Assembly: GCA_000004695.1 (NCBI GenBank)
Contig: CM000152.2
Location: 4,256,001 to 4,320,000, forward strand
Direction of reading: 5' to 3'
Length of the DNA stretch: 64,000 nucleotides
From: Dictyostelium discoideum
Taxonomy: Eukaryota
Shown here in pieces: positions 1 to 12,222 of this stretch (positions within the stretch are counted from its first letter, which is position 1; each line of letters begins with the position of its first letter). The notes below the pieces were generated by a model that had not been told where the DNA came from, did no database searches, and worked only from the letters and a program-made list of their open reading frames with translations. The position numbers and the translations under genes were made by a program.

Positions 1-835
1 TATTATTTCTATTATTACTATTATTATTATTTTGTTGTTGTTGTTGTTGTGGTGGTTGTTGTGGTTGTTGTGGTGAAGAGTTGAAATTAAATGGGTCATT
101 TCCAAAAATATTATTATTGTTATTATTATTATTTTGGTGTGGAGAAGAGAAGAAATCATTTTGTTGAGGTGGTTTTTGAATAGTTTTTGAAGAAGCTGGT
201 GGAGGTGGAGATAAAAGGAAACCACCACCACTTGCACCTGTTAAAACTGGTAAATTCTTTTTATTATTATTGTTATTATTATTTCCAGCTGGTGCTTTTG
301 AAGTTGGTGCTTTAAATGGAATATGAATTGTTTGACCAGTCTTTAAACTATAATCTTTCTTTGGTTCATTTTCATAATTTCTTCTTTGAATTTCAATATC
401 TTTTTTATTTTTAATATAACTATAAATAATGAATAAATATTATTAAAAAAAGGGGTTAGTGTTTTGGTTTTCTAGAAAATTGCAATTGGATCATTTTAAT
501 TGATTTCATTTGATTGCCCTCCCATCCCCCCCACTGAGTGTGTGTGTTTATGATCATAATAAAAATTAAAATGAAATGAAAAATACTTTTGATGATCTTG
601 TAAAGTTGCATTGAATTCAAAAGCATCATCTCTATCGGTGAAACCCATTCCAACAAATGCATGACGTTCACCATCTTTAATTCTAATTACAAAATAACGA
701 CTACTATCGACAACTGGTTCAACAGAGTTTTGATCAAATGGGCATTGTGCAAAGATTTCACCATTATTTGGATCTTCAAATCTGATAACACAATTTTCAC
801 CTCTTGCTACAATAACTAATCTGCCAGTCCCTATA

Positions 836-874
<39 letters not shown>

Positions 875-960
875 ATTGTGAGAGTGAGTGATTTTGTGAT
901 TATATTTATTAAATTATTTGATTTAAAATTAATTTATTAATATTTGAGTTATAGAAAAAA

Positions 961-991
<31 letters not shown>

Positions 992-1140
992 AAAATTTTA
1001 TTTAAATCAAAAAACTTACAAATAAAGGAAGATGGATCCCAATCTTGAGCTTTATAACCACTTGCACTTGGTCTTGGTGGAATTCTATAAATAAAACATT
1101 CCTTTTTGACTAAAAGTGTTTGTTCATAATCTTCATCCAT
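1..1140 (-). CDS. NECAP-like (adaptin-ear-binding coat-associated protein, DUF1681) gene. It is 3' partial because it runs off the window start. Exons 1140..1020, 830..587, 419..<1
   Basis: Start at ATG 1140..1138; the track M at 1170 is a TTG. Exon 1 reads [40 protein letters not shown]. The GTAAGT donor and the acceptor at 831/830 complete a Trp, giving ..DW|[80 protein letters not shown]. This matches the NECAP core (YRIPPR..GYRA.DW..TGRLRI...RYFV.RI.DG.G..A.IGIGF.DR.DAFDF). Exon 3 encodes a low-complexity tail ([11 protein letters not shown]...[11 protein letters not shown]...NDPFNFNSS) like the NECAP C-terminus. Phases were checked by hand. Confidence 0.75.
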
Positions 1141-1404
1141 TTTAAATTTAGTAATATGTAAATATTCCAAATATGATATTTATTAAATAAATATAAATTA
1201 GGTAAACAACAACGTGTGTGTGTGGTAATATTAAAAAAATTAAAAAAATTAAAAAAAAAAAATTAAAAAATTAAAAAAAACCAAAAAAAAAAATTAAAAA
1301 AAATTAAAAAAAATTAAAAAAAAAAAAAGATTGTAGGTGAAATTTCTATTTAAAAGTCATAAATAAAAAAAAAAAACCAGCTTGGAAACTTGCAAAAAAT
1401 AATT

Positions 1405-1412
1405 TTAAAAAA

Positions 1413-1475
<63 letters not shown>

Positions 1476-1500
1476 ACAAATAAATAAATAAATAAACAAA
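1405..1500. repeat. (AAAT)n microsatellite, about 24 units, in the intergenic region
   Basis: Direct read: aataaataaataaa... with two AAAC variants. Confidence 0.9.
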
Positions 1501-1592
1501 CAAATAAATATATAAATATATATAAATATAAATTTTTTTTTTCAAAAAAAAAAAAATAAAAAAAAAAAAATAAAAAAAATTAAACAAATAAA

Positions 1593-4272
1593 ATGGGAGG
1601 TTCATGGAAAGATAAAGCTTCTTCATATATTATTCAAGATTCATTAATTAGTAGTTCACAAGTTAAATCTCTGTCCAATAGTGCCATAGAAAGTTGTTTA
1701 AAAAATTTAGGAGTATGTTATTAAAAAATAAAAAAAAAAAAAAATAACTTTTTTCTTACTTACTATTATTATTATTTTTTTTTTTATTTTATTTTTTTTA
1801 TTTTTTTTTTTATAGTATATAAGTTACTTTTCAAATTCTATAAATGAAATGTTAAGTAAATGTGATAGTAGATATATAATATCAATATTATATTTAGTTG
1901 ATGGTATATTTAGAGTATTAAATAAAAATTATGGTGAAGAGAATAAAAAGAAAGAACCATTATTTTCACAATTAAATGAATCATTCTCTTTAATGTTACA
2001 ACAAAATGAAAAGAAGATTCTAGGCTCAACACCAGAAAAAGATTGTATAAAATTAATTAAACTACTTCAAATTTGGTTAAAACGTAATGATTTAGATCAA
2101 CATTTATTAAAGAAATGGGTTTTTAGAATTTCAACAGATTTAAATATTGATATAGATAATTTAGATTCATACCAAACTAATAATAATAATAATATAAATG
2201 AAAACAATACAACTATATCATCATCATCAACATTTGTAAATAAAAAGAGAACATTAGATAGTAATTTTGATATTGATGATATACTTGAGCCATCATCATT
2301 TAAACATCAAAAAGTAGATAATAGTATTGGTATAAACAGTATTAATAATAGTAATAAACTATTACAACAACAACAACAATTAAATCAATTATTAAAAGAG
2401 AATTTAATATATGGATTACCAATGGAGATGTTATTTGAAATTTTATCGAATTTATCAGTTGTAGATTTAGTTAAAGTTTCAAAAGTTAGTAAATTCTTTT
2501 ATAGTGTTGTAAATAATTTACCAAGTTGTACGAGTATATCATTTGAAAATATGATTTTACCATCAATTGATATGCAAAGATCATTGATTCAATTTAATTT
2601 AGTTGTAAATGTAAATCTATCCTTTAGTAGATTCGTTACAAATGATGTTATAATCACATTAGCAAAACATTGTAAACATTTGGAATCTTTAAATGTTAAT
2701 GGTTGTTTACAATTGGATTTAACCTCGATGATTCAATTATTAAGACATTCAAGAAATTTAAAATCTTTAAAAATGTCTCAAGTCGTTTGTGATGGTGTTA
2801 TGGAATTATCAAATAAATTAAAAAACACATCACAAAATTCAAATACTACTACAACAACAACCACTACCACAACAGCATCAAATACAAAACATAAAAAACA
2901 ACCAATACCATTTGGTAGATTAGGAAGATATCCAAATAAAAGAGCGAGAGCAAGAGAAAGAAAAGCAAGATTAAAACAAAAACACCAACAACAACAACAA
3001 CAAGCTAAAACAAGAAGAATAAAAGATAAAACCAAAGAGGTATTATTAGCTAAAGTTTTCTTTGATTTATTATTTAATATTAAGAATGGTATTATTGATG
3101 ATTCTGATGATATTGATGATGATAATAATAATATAAATAATAATAATGAAAATAAAAAAAAAGTCACTAAAAAGAAAAAGAAAAAAGAAGTCAAGGGCAA
3201 TGCTAGTGGTGAATTAGATCAAGAATTTATAGATTTAGTAAGTGATTGTGAAATGCGTGAACATGATGAAAATGAACAGAAACATATAGATATAGAAAAT
3301 AATTGTAATAATAATAATAATAATAATAATAGTAATAATAATAGTGATGATAGTAATGAAGAAGAAGATTATGAAACTAGTGAAGAAGAAGAAGAAGAAG
3401 ATAATGAAGATGGACATGGCTTTAATTATGATGATTATAGTTATCACTATGATTATGATTATGATGACGATGATGATGAATATAGAATTGGGAGAGGAGG
3501 AGGAGGAGGAGGAGGAGATGGAGGAGAAAAAGCAGTAGGAGAAGGAGGAGGATACAGTAATTCTCCTGTTAATAATAAAAAAATTAGATTAAGAGAATTA
3601 GATATTAGTTGTTGTCATCCATTAATATTTTTAATACTTCAAAATTATAACAAACCATTATCAACAAGTTTAGTTAAATTAAATATTGATTGTATGTGTG
3701 CTTCAATTGAAATTGGTGGTTATGCCGCTGGTATTAATAATATTTTTAGCAATTTTCCATTCCTATCAAAATTAAATTCATTATTTAATCCTATAATACA
3801 TAATAATAATAGTAATACAACAACAACAACAACCACCACATCAGCTACAAATACTAATGAATCATCGTTAACGAATAATATTCAAATGGTACCAAATAAT
3901 TTTAAAATTATTGTAAAATCAGATTCAATTTGGAGACGATTAATTTTTAATGATTCAAATGGTTTCGAAAAATTGATATTACAAAAACAATCACAATATC
4001 TACAACAACCAAATTCAGAATATTCAATTAAAAAATTTAGGAAATATGTTAATAAACGTTATTTATTTGGTACAACTTCAATTTATATGGCTTGTAAATA
4101 TGGAAATTTTAAAGCAATTGATACTTTAATGTCATTAAATTCAAATAATAACAATAGTAATAATAATTATAGTAATAATAATAATAATAATAGTAATAAT
4201 AATAATAATAATCATAATAACAATAATAATAATAATAATAATAATAACAATAATAATAATGATAATAGTAAC

Positions 4273-4327
<55 letters not shown>

Positions 4328-4812
4328 GAGTTGTAAATATTAATATACCAGATTATTATGGTATAACACCATTATTAGTTTCAAATAATATTTTCATTGT
4401 AAAGAAATTAGTTGATGAATATGGTGTTGTTGCATCAAGTGAATTTGAAGAATTATTTATAAAGGTTTGTTTAATATTAAATAAATATCATTCATTCTTA
4501 ATTGAAGAATCACAAGCTAGACCTGATTCACCAACAAATGAAGAGTTTGATCAATTGTTAACCATGCTTTTAAAAACACCACCTCTAATTACAAATCAAG
4601 AAATTTATCGTCAAAATAATATCTTATTGGTAAAGTTTGTAAAAAATTTTAAATTCTTTCAAGACTATGTCAAAAGTTCTCATAATATTACAAAACGTGC
4701 ATTGCTATTATCTCAAACATTACGTGATGATTCAATTTATGAAAAAACTGATCTTTCAAATATGAGTAAAGAATATGAAAAAAGAATTTTAATGGTTTTA
4801 TATCATGGTTAA
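1593..4812 (+). CDS. CID/RPR-like N-terminal domain + F-box + LRR-like + ankyrin-repeat protein, poly-N/T rich. Exons 1593..1712, 1816..4812
   Basis: ORF 1849..4812, plus a predicted upstream exon (MGGSWKDKASSYIIQDSLISSSQVKSLSNSAIESCLKNLG) with a GTATGT donor at 1713 and a tttatAG acceptor at 1815, in frame with no stop. The N-terminus (ISILYLVDGIFRVLNKNYGEE..PLFSQLNESFSLMLQQNEKK..CIKLIKLLQIWLKRNDLDQHLL) follows the CID/RPR pattern of SCAF8/Pcf11 (LYVIDSIVRQS...F...L..W..R.V). The F-box is LIYGLPMEMLFEILSNLSVVDLVKVSKVSKFFYSVV. Ankyrin repeats are at TSIYMACKYGNFKAIDTLMS...DYYGITPLLVSNNIFIVKKLVDEYG. Confidence 0.7.
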
Positions 4813-5172
4813 AAAAAAATAATTAATAATAATAATAATAATAATATGTTAATTATTTTTATAAATATTTTATTTTAATTATTAAATTTTCTTTTGTTTT
4901 AATTTTTTGTTTTTTTTTTGAAATAAATTCTGTGAATTTATTTTTAGATTGAGACGTGTTAATTTTGCATATGCAAAAATATTTTAATTTGGTTTATGAC
5001 ACATCAAAATTTTTTATTTATTTTTTTTTTCTTTTTTATTTTAATCTAAACCTTTTTTTTTTTTTTTGGTACTTAAAAAATATCTTTGGGAAATTGTTTA
5101 ATTATTCACTGATTAGATTTCCGGGATAGTTTAAACCACACAATGTTTTTCGACCAAACAATTTAATTTTTT

Positions 5173-5206
<34 letters not shown>

Positions 5207-5303
5207 GTCTAGGCAACGAAATTTTAGATTTTTTTTTTTTTTTTTTTTTAATATAAATAATTCAGGTTTTCATTACCAAAAAAACTAAATTATAAATAAT
5301 AAA

Positions 5304-6400
5304 ATGGAAAATATTACTCTTGATCAATACCTTCAATCAGCAGTTGATGTTGTTAAAGAGATTGGCCCAATGATTTTAAAAAACTATAACAGTCGTTCAA
5401 AACAAATTGAATACAAAGGTGCTATTGATTTAGTTACTGATACTGATAAAGGTAAATTTAAAAAAAAAATTAAAGAAAAAAAAAAAAAAAAATTTTAAAT
5501 GATTGGATAATCTAATTTATAAATATTCTTTTCTCTTTCTCTCTATTTGTTTGTTTGTTTTATTTATTTATTTATTTATTTATTTTAAATTTAAATTTAA
5601 TTTTTAGCTGTTGAAGAACATATTATTAAAACATTGACAACTAAATATCCACATACAAAGATTTTAGGAGAAGAATCAACTAAAGATGGAATTTACAATT
5701 GGGGTAATGAACCAACATGGGTAATTGATCCAATTGATGGTACAACCAATTTCGTTCATAGATTCCCATTATTTTGTGTTTCAATTGCATTATCAATAAA
5801 CAAAGAAATTGTTGTTGCTTGTTTATATGCACCAGTATTGGATGAATTATTCACAGCAACTAAAGGTGGTGGTGCCTTTTTAAATGGTGAATCAATTTCA
5901 GTTTCATCTGTTGAACATCTTTCACAATCAATCATTTCAACAAATGTTGGTTATGATAGATCCGATAAAGGTATTGAATTTATGTTAACGTAAGTATAAA
6001 AATAATAATAATAATTAAAAATTGGGAAAAAAAAAAAAAAGTGTGTGAATTTGAATTGTTAATATTAATAATGATTGAAAAAAAAAATAAAAAAAATAAA
6101 AAAAATAAAAGTAATTTCAAAAATATTTTAAAGGATAATGTTCAAGCATTAAGATTCTCAGGTACAGCAGCATGGGAAATGGCAAGTGTATCATGTGGTA
6201 GAGTTGATAGTTTCTATGAATGGGGTATTCATCCATGGGATATTGCTGCTGCCTCTTTATTAATTACAGAAGCTGGCGGTGTTGTTGTTGACCCATCAGG
6301 TGGTAAATGTGATATGGAATCTAGAAAAGTTTTATGTGGTAATCCAAATATTGTTAATAAATTATCAAAATTATTAATTGAAAAACCAACTTCTAATTAA
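5304..6400 (+). CDS. Inositol monophosphatase (IMPase family). Exons 5304..5451, 5608..5989, 6112..6400, about 273 aa
   Basis: Motifs WVIDPIDGTTNFVHRFPLFCVSIAL and WDIAAASLLITEAGGVVVDPSGG are canonical IMPase signatures. Introns bounded by GTAAAT/GTAAGT donors and AG acceptors restore frame (..VTDTDK|AVEEHIIKTL..; ..IEFMLT|NFKNILKDNVQALRFSGTAAW). Confidence 0.85.
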
Positions 6401-6733
6401 AAAAAAAATAAAAAAAATAATAAAATAAAAAAAATAAAAAAAAAATTATAAAATTAAAATAAAAAATAAAAGGTAAACAAAATTATTGAAAGAAAAGCAA
6501 TAATACACATTGGAAAAAAAAAATAAAAAAATAATAATAATTATAATTAGGATTAATCAATGATTACATTATATAATAATTTATATACAATTTATTTTCA
6601 TTATTATCAAAATTAATTAAAAAAATTTTTACTTGATAAGGATAAGTTTGAATACCAATATTTGTAACTACCAAAAAATATTATTTTTTTTTTTTTTTTA
6701 ATCTGACAATATTCATCTGATTCATACAGGTTA

Positions 6734-6765
<32 letters not shown>

Positions 6766-7597
6766 TGACCACTTTTGTGTGTGTTTTTTTTAAAGTTTGG
6801 TGAAAGAGTGTATCATTTTTTTTCATTTTTTTTCATTCATTAATTTATTTATTTTATTTGCTTTCTACCCTTTTTTTTTTTTTTTTTTTTTTTTTCATCT
6901 TACAAAAAAATAAGTTTACCTACCCAACAACACATATTTCACATGTATGTGTGTTTGTCAGATTACTCAATAAATAAATATTTATTGTTATTATTTCAAT
7001 GAACTGTGTGTTAAGTTGAAGTGTGTATTTTTTTTTTTTTTTTTTTTTTTAAACCCAATCAAAGAATAAATCTCAAAAAAAAAAAAAAAAATTGTGAGCA
7101 ATATATTTCAACCTATCAAAAAAAAAAAAAACCTTCTTATTTTGGTAAAAAATATTTTTACTTGAAATAAAAAAAAAAAAAAAAAAACCCTATTTACTTT
7201 TTTTTTTTTTTTTTTAACACATAATCTGTTTGTAGTTACAACAATACTTTCAAAAAACAAAAAAAAAATTAAAAAAAATTAAAAAAAATTAAAAAAAAAT
7301 TAAAATTTTTAAAAAAAAATAGCTATAAAATCTGCGTCAAGTCAATGCGAAAACAGAACGATAAAAATTGGCAAAGGAAAATAAAAAAAATATTTTATAT
7401 TTTCATAAAAAATAAAAAAAACAAAACAAAATAAAATAAAACAAAACAAAATAAAACAAAACAATTACTTTACTAAATGTAAATAAAAAATATTTTATTT
7501 TTATTAATCCATAATAAAATTAAAAATATCTTTTTTATATTTTTTTATTTTTTTTTTATATTTAAAAATATAAATACCATATATATACATATCTAAA

Positions 7598-7670
7598 ATG
7601 ATAAAATCAATTTTATCATTACAAAATTTTAAATTTATAAAACCTTGTACAAATTCATCAATTTTAAAAT

Positions 7671-7711
<41 letters not shown>

Positions 7712-9076
7712 GGTATAAATAAATATAATAGTACATTTAATAATAATAATTCAAATTTTTCAAATAAAAATTTATTTTCATCAAAACAATATCAACAACA
7801 ATCTATTTGTAATATACCAATTTTATCTACAATTTCATATCATAATAAAAATAATACAAATATAAATACTATTATTAATAATAATAATAGTAGTAATAAT
7901 AATTTAATTAATTTAAATGATAAATTTAATAATTTAAATAATAAAACATCACCAATAATATTTAATAAAAATTATTCAACAACTGTATCAACATTACTAG
8001 ATGATAATAATAGTAATAGTAATAATAACAACAATAGTAATAATAATAAACCAAGTACAACATTTGTAAATGATTGGATTAGTAAATTTCCAAATTCAGT
8101 TCAACCTTATCTTAGATTGAGTAGAGTTGATAAACCAATTGGAGTTTGGTTATTATTATATCCATGTTGTTGGAGTATTTCATTGGCAGCACCTGCCGGA
8201 TCATTTCCAGATTTAAAAACAATGTTGGTATTTGGTATTGGTGCATATGTAATGAGAAGTGCTGGTTGTGTTATAAATGATATGGCTGATTATAAATTTG
8301 ATTCAAAAGTTGAACGTACAAAAACTAGACCAATAGCTTCAAAACAATTAACTCATAAACAAAGTTTAATATTTTTAGGTGGTCAATTATTAGCTTCTTT
8401 TGGTTTAATTTTATCAAGTTTAAATTATTATACGTATGTAAAAAATTTAAAAAATAATAAAATAATAAAATAATAACAATAAAATAATAACAATAATAAA
8501 ATATATTTTTTTTTCATTAGTATTGCATTATGTGCATCATCATTACCAATTGTGGTATTGTATCCATTTATGAAAAGATTTACATATTATCCACAATTTG
8601 TATTAGGATTAGCATTTAATTGGGGAGCATTGGCTGGATATTCAGCGATTGCAGGATCATGTAATTGGTCAATCGTTGCACCATTATATTTGGCAGGTAT
8701 TAGTTGGACGATGGTTTATGATACAATCTATGCACATCAAGATAAAAGGGATGATATTTTAGTTGGTGTTAAATCTACTGCATTGAAATTTGCAGAAAAG
8801 AGTCGTATTATTTTATCAGTTTTCTCTGGTCTAGTTATATCTGGTATGTTTTTAACTGGTATCGCTGCAAATATGCCATTGTTTTATTATTTGGGTACTG
8901 CTGCTTGTAGTAGTCATTTAATTTGGCAATTGAAAACTGTAGATTTCAATAATCCTTCCTCTTGTCTTGAAAAATTCATTTCCAATAAGAATTTCGGTCT
9001 TTATTTCCTTTTAATCATTATAGTTTCAAAATTATTACAAGATAAAGAAAATGAAAATGAAATTCAAAAAAAATAA
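7598..9076 (+). CDS. coq2: 4-hydroxybenzoate polyprenyltransferase (COQ2, UbiA family), mitochondrial. Exons 7598..8433, 8521..9076
   Basis: LRLSRVDKPIGVWLLLYPCCWSI, NDMADYKFD, YDTIYAHQDKRDD and STALKF match COQ2/UbiA motifs. The poly-N N-terminal presequence region is typical. A GTATGT donor and cattAG acceptor give ..LNYYT|IALCASS.. colinear with human COQ2 LNYYSIALGA. Confidence 0.85.
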
Positions 9077-9277
9077 AACTTTATCTATTGAATAAATAAA
9101 TAAAAAATAAATAAAATAATAAAAAAAAAAAAAAAAAGAAATAAATGCGCAAAAAAAAAAGAAAAAAAATAATAACAATAAATGATATATATAAATATTT
9201 ATATACAAATAATCCTTTCCTTTTATTGTTGTTATTACTATCAAAGTTTTTTTTTTTTTTTTTTTTTTTTTTATTTA

Positions 9278-9800
9278 TTCATCACTATTTGTTGATGCAT
9301 TTGCAGCTTCTTCATTTAATTGAGAACGTGATTTTCTTTCATCCATTGATTTTAAATATTCTTGATGTTTTGGACCTTTTGAAACTCTTACCATTAATTC
9401 AACACTTGGTATACTATCTGTATGAATTTCTAATATAAAAAAAAATAAAAAAATATATATATTAAAATTCCACTCTTGGAAACCATCCTTTTTTTTTTTT
9501 TTTAAAAAAATTAAATTAAAACTTACTTTCAACTTTAATAACATCTTTTGATTTTAAATAGTCAATAGTTGTTACAACTTTTGCAATTGCTTCACCTAAA
9601 CCAGAAATATTAACAAATTCTTCAGTATCTAAATATCTTGCAGTGAGATCTGAAAAGTAATAAAGATTTTTTGTTTTTTCTGCTGATACCTTTATTTTTT
9701 TAATTTCTGGTTTGTTTGTATTTTCTGTTGTTGTTGTTGTTGTTGTTGGTGATGTGGCAGTTGTTGGTGATGTAATTGACGCTGTGGTTGGTGATGTTTG
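9278..9800 (-). CDS. Alba-like nucleic-acid-binding protein (Alba/Rpp20-Rpp25 type). Exons about 9800..9526 and 9431..9278. The start codon is unresolved
   Basis: Minus-strand translation reads ..KIKVSAEKTKNLYYFSDLTARYLDTEEFVNISGLGEAIAKVVTTIDYLKSKDVIKVE|KIHTDSIPSVELMVRVSKGPKHQEYLKSMDERKSRSQLNEEAANASTNSDE*. It is split by a GTAAGT..tattAG intron. The GLGxAIxKAV..E.LK core fits the Alba fold pattern. I found no in-frame ATG upstream before a stop, so a further 5' exon is likely. Confidence 0.4.
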
Positions 9801-10690
9801 AGTTTCTACTATAAAATAATATTCATTTTTAATAATTTAATTATATTTATTTATTTATTTGTATATATATATTTTATTAATTTATTTATTAATTATTTAA
9901 AAGAGGAGAGAAAAAAAAAAAAAAATTAAAATAAAAAATAAAAAAAAGGTTTGATTTAATATGAGACATTTGAATTTTTTTATTTTTATTTTTATTTTTT
10001 AATTTTTATTTTTTTTTATTTTTTTTTCCTATTGATTTTAATTACCTGACATATCTAGATATTTATAAATTTATTATTATTTAGTTTATTATGTTTGATA
10101 TTGTATTATTATTTTATTTATTATCTAATTTAATTTTAGTTTTTTAAAATCTTTATATTTTTTTTTTTCACTTTTTTATTTTATTTTTATTTTGTAAATG
10201 AACTCAATGAATTTTTTAATTTAATTATAAAAAAAATTATTTGAAAAAAAAAAAAAAAATAAAAAAAAAAAAAAAAAATTGTTTTTTTTTTTTTTCAAAC
10301 AAAATATGCATTATTTTTATTTTTTTTATTTTTTTTTTTTTATTTATTTTCTTTTATTTTATTTTTATATTTCCTTTTTTTTTTACCAAAATAAGAATGA
10401 TAAATGTTTTTTTATTAAACCAATTTAAATTGGCATTTTTTTATTTTAAATGAACAATCTCCATTACAAAAAATAAAATAAATTATCAAAAAAATAATTA
10501 ACCTTCAGTATTCGTCCATCGGTTAAGTTTTATCAATTTTGTCTTATTTATAAAAAATAGAGTTTTTTTTGAATTGGGTACCGAATGGATGAGATCTTAG
10601 GTCACACAGATTTAACCAAACTTTCCTACCCTTGCTTTAAATTATAAAAAATAATTTTAATGTAATATTAAATTTGAAAATATCAAAAAT

Positions 10691-10763
10691 GCCCGGCTAG
10701 CTCAGTCGGTAGAGCGCCAGACTCTTAATCTGGTGGTCGGGGGTTCGAGCCCCCCGTTGGGCG
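10691..10763 (+). tRNA. tRNA-Lys (anticodon CUU)
   Basis: gcccggctagctcagtcggtagagcgccagactCTTaatctggtggtcgggggttcgagccccccgttgggcg. This is 73 nt with a cloverleaf, A-box, B-box (ggttcgagccc) and anticodon loop ct-CTT-aa. It is followed immediately by a T-run (Pol III terminator). Confidence 0.92.
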
Positions 10764-10859
10764 AATTTTTTTCCAATACAACCACTTGTACGAAGTTCGT
10801 ATTTTTGAATGGTATATTAATATGAAAAAAAAAAAAAAAACAATAACAAAATACGTAAT

Positions 10860-12040
10860 TAGAAATCTAAATTAATATTTTTTATTAATAAAGATTTAAA
10901 ATAATTAATTGTATAGTGATGAACCTTCTAAAAATGAAAAGATTTCATATTCCACTCTACCTAATAAATGTTACAAACTAGAATATAAAAAATTAATTAA
11001 CTCTTTCAAAAGATCCCAGCAATTTTAAAGACCTAAACGATTTCTTTAAACATTATATTTAACTTCACTATATTTAAAATTCTGAATTTTGATAATTAAA
11101 TAAAAGGAATACCTACTTGACATTTTATAACTTGTGATGTTTGTGAATTAATAATTAGGTTTATAATCGACTATACATTGATATCAAAGATGCATAATTA
11201 GACTACAATAATATTCATAAAAAATGGTATTTTTTTTTTTTTATATAATCAACAATCTGACGTTTATTTGTTTGAATTTTTGGTGTTTTTGTTGTATCTC
11301 TTTTTGCCAACGAGGTGGATTTGTGGGGTTTATGGGAATTCCAAGTAGATTTAAGCTTTTCTCCAAAATCATGATCGATTTTAACTTCGTTGGTTTTGAT
11401 GGAACTTAGTTATCTCTCTTTTCTCTTTCTTCTTCTTGTATTTTGTAAGAAATACCACGTACTGGATAATTAGCAATACGTCTCATTAAATGGGTACAGA
11501 AACCTTAAATCTTGTTTCTGTACCCATACCTCTAGAGGTTTTGATAAAGAATAATCTTTTATTATTTGGTTTTTAATATTTTTAATTTGTATGATGTATT
11601 TGATTCTGTTACAAATTGGGAGGATGTCTTTTGATGATGCTAATTTAAGAATTATATCATAGTCTAATGTTGTGGCTTGGGTTTTAGTAGAGTTGATTTC
11701 AAATCCATATACATACTTGGTGAAATATCATTGCTATTAAGTTTTTATAGGAGAAATGTCTTGAGAGGTCATAATCTATGGCCTTGTAGCACCATATGAA
11801 GTGTGGTTTATGAAATCTTATATGAATGTAGTCCATGTTGATTTCGTAGTCTTTCTTCATATAAGGATTATTGGTGTGATTTTGTTTTATTGTTTATAAT
11901 CATTCATTCGTGTAACCAGTTAGATTTCCCGCCTGTTGATTTGAAGATGAATCTCGTTAGTTTGGTAGTGTTAATATATGAATATAAATAGCTCAAAATT
12001 TCTGTATCCCAAACTCTGCCTAACCAATTAAAGTATAAAT
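10860..12040. mobile_element. Probable tRNA-associated retroelement fragment (TRE/DRE-type, TRE3-like position). It lies downstream of two convergent tRNA-Lys genes
   Basis: The G/T-rich plus strand is not ordinary gene sequence. It has diverged similarity to 13700..14280 (for example atatcataGtctaatgttgtgg vs atatcataAtctagtgttgtgttg, and catatacatacttggtgaaatatcattgctatta vs catatccatatttggtgaataactaatgagatta). It sits 30-100 bp downstream of tRNA genes, where TRE3 elements integrate. It contains a perfect 13-bp hairpin at about 11485..11522. Confidence 0.3.
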
Positions 12041-12050
12041 AACCATATCT

Positions 12051-12061
12051 GGAATTGAACC
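12051..12061 (-). promoter_or_regulatory. External B-box (exB) about 32 bp downstream of tRNA-Lys(UUU)
   Basis: ggaattgaacc is the reverse complement of GGTTCAATTCC, matching the B-box consensus GGTTCGANTCC. This element is characteristic of Dictyostelium tRNA genes. Confidence 0.6.
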
Positions 12062-12092
12062 TGTGATCTATCTTATACTAAATCTAAAATTT

Positions 12093-12165
12093 CGCCCAAA
12101 GGGGGGCTCGAACCCCCGACCACAAGGTTAAAAGCCTTGCGCTCTACCGACTGAGCTATCTGGGC
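12093..12165 (-). tRNA. tRNA-Lys (anticodon UUU), copy 1
   Basis: The reverse complement reads gcccagatagctcagtcggtagagcgcaaggctTTTaaccttgtggtcgggggttcgagcccccctttgggcg. This is 73 nt with a T-run downstream. Confidence 0.92.
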
Positions 12166-12222
12166 ATTTTTGGAAATTTCGAAATTAAAAACAACTACAG
12201 AACGATTTTTTAAGCCTGGAAG

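Noticed and set aside
2778-3447. Antisense ORFs (140 aa poly-F/V/I, 70 aa poly-I) inside the F-box gene
   Set aside because: They are mirror-frame artefacts of the (AAT)n/(GAA)n coding repeats on the sense strand. They have homopolymeric composition and no start context.
10241-10453. 70-aa poly-K/F ORF and other short ORFs in intergenic AT-homopolymer regions (for example 1405..1626, 25026..25382, 25574..25801, 57971..58177)
   Set aside because: They are pure low-complexity translations of A/T runs. Several 'M' starts in the track are non-ATG (TTG), and no coding signal is present.
11950-12070. Possible additional tRNA suggested by the GGTTCAATTCC B-box-like sequence
   Set aside because: No acceptor, D-arm or anticodon arm can be folded around it. 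It is better explained as the external B box (exB) that lies about 30 bp downstream of Dictyostelium tRNA genes.
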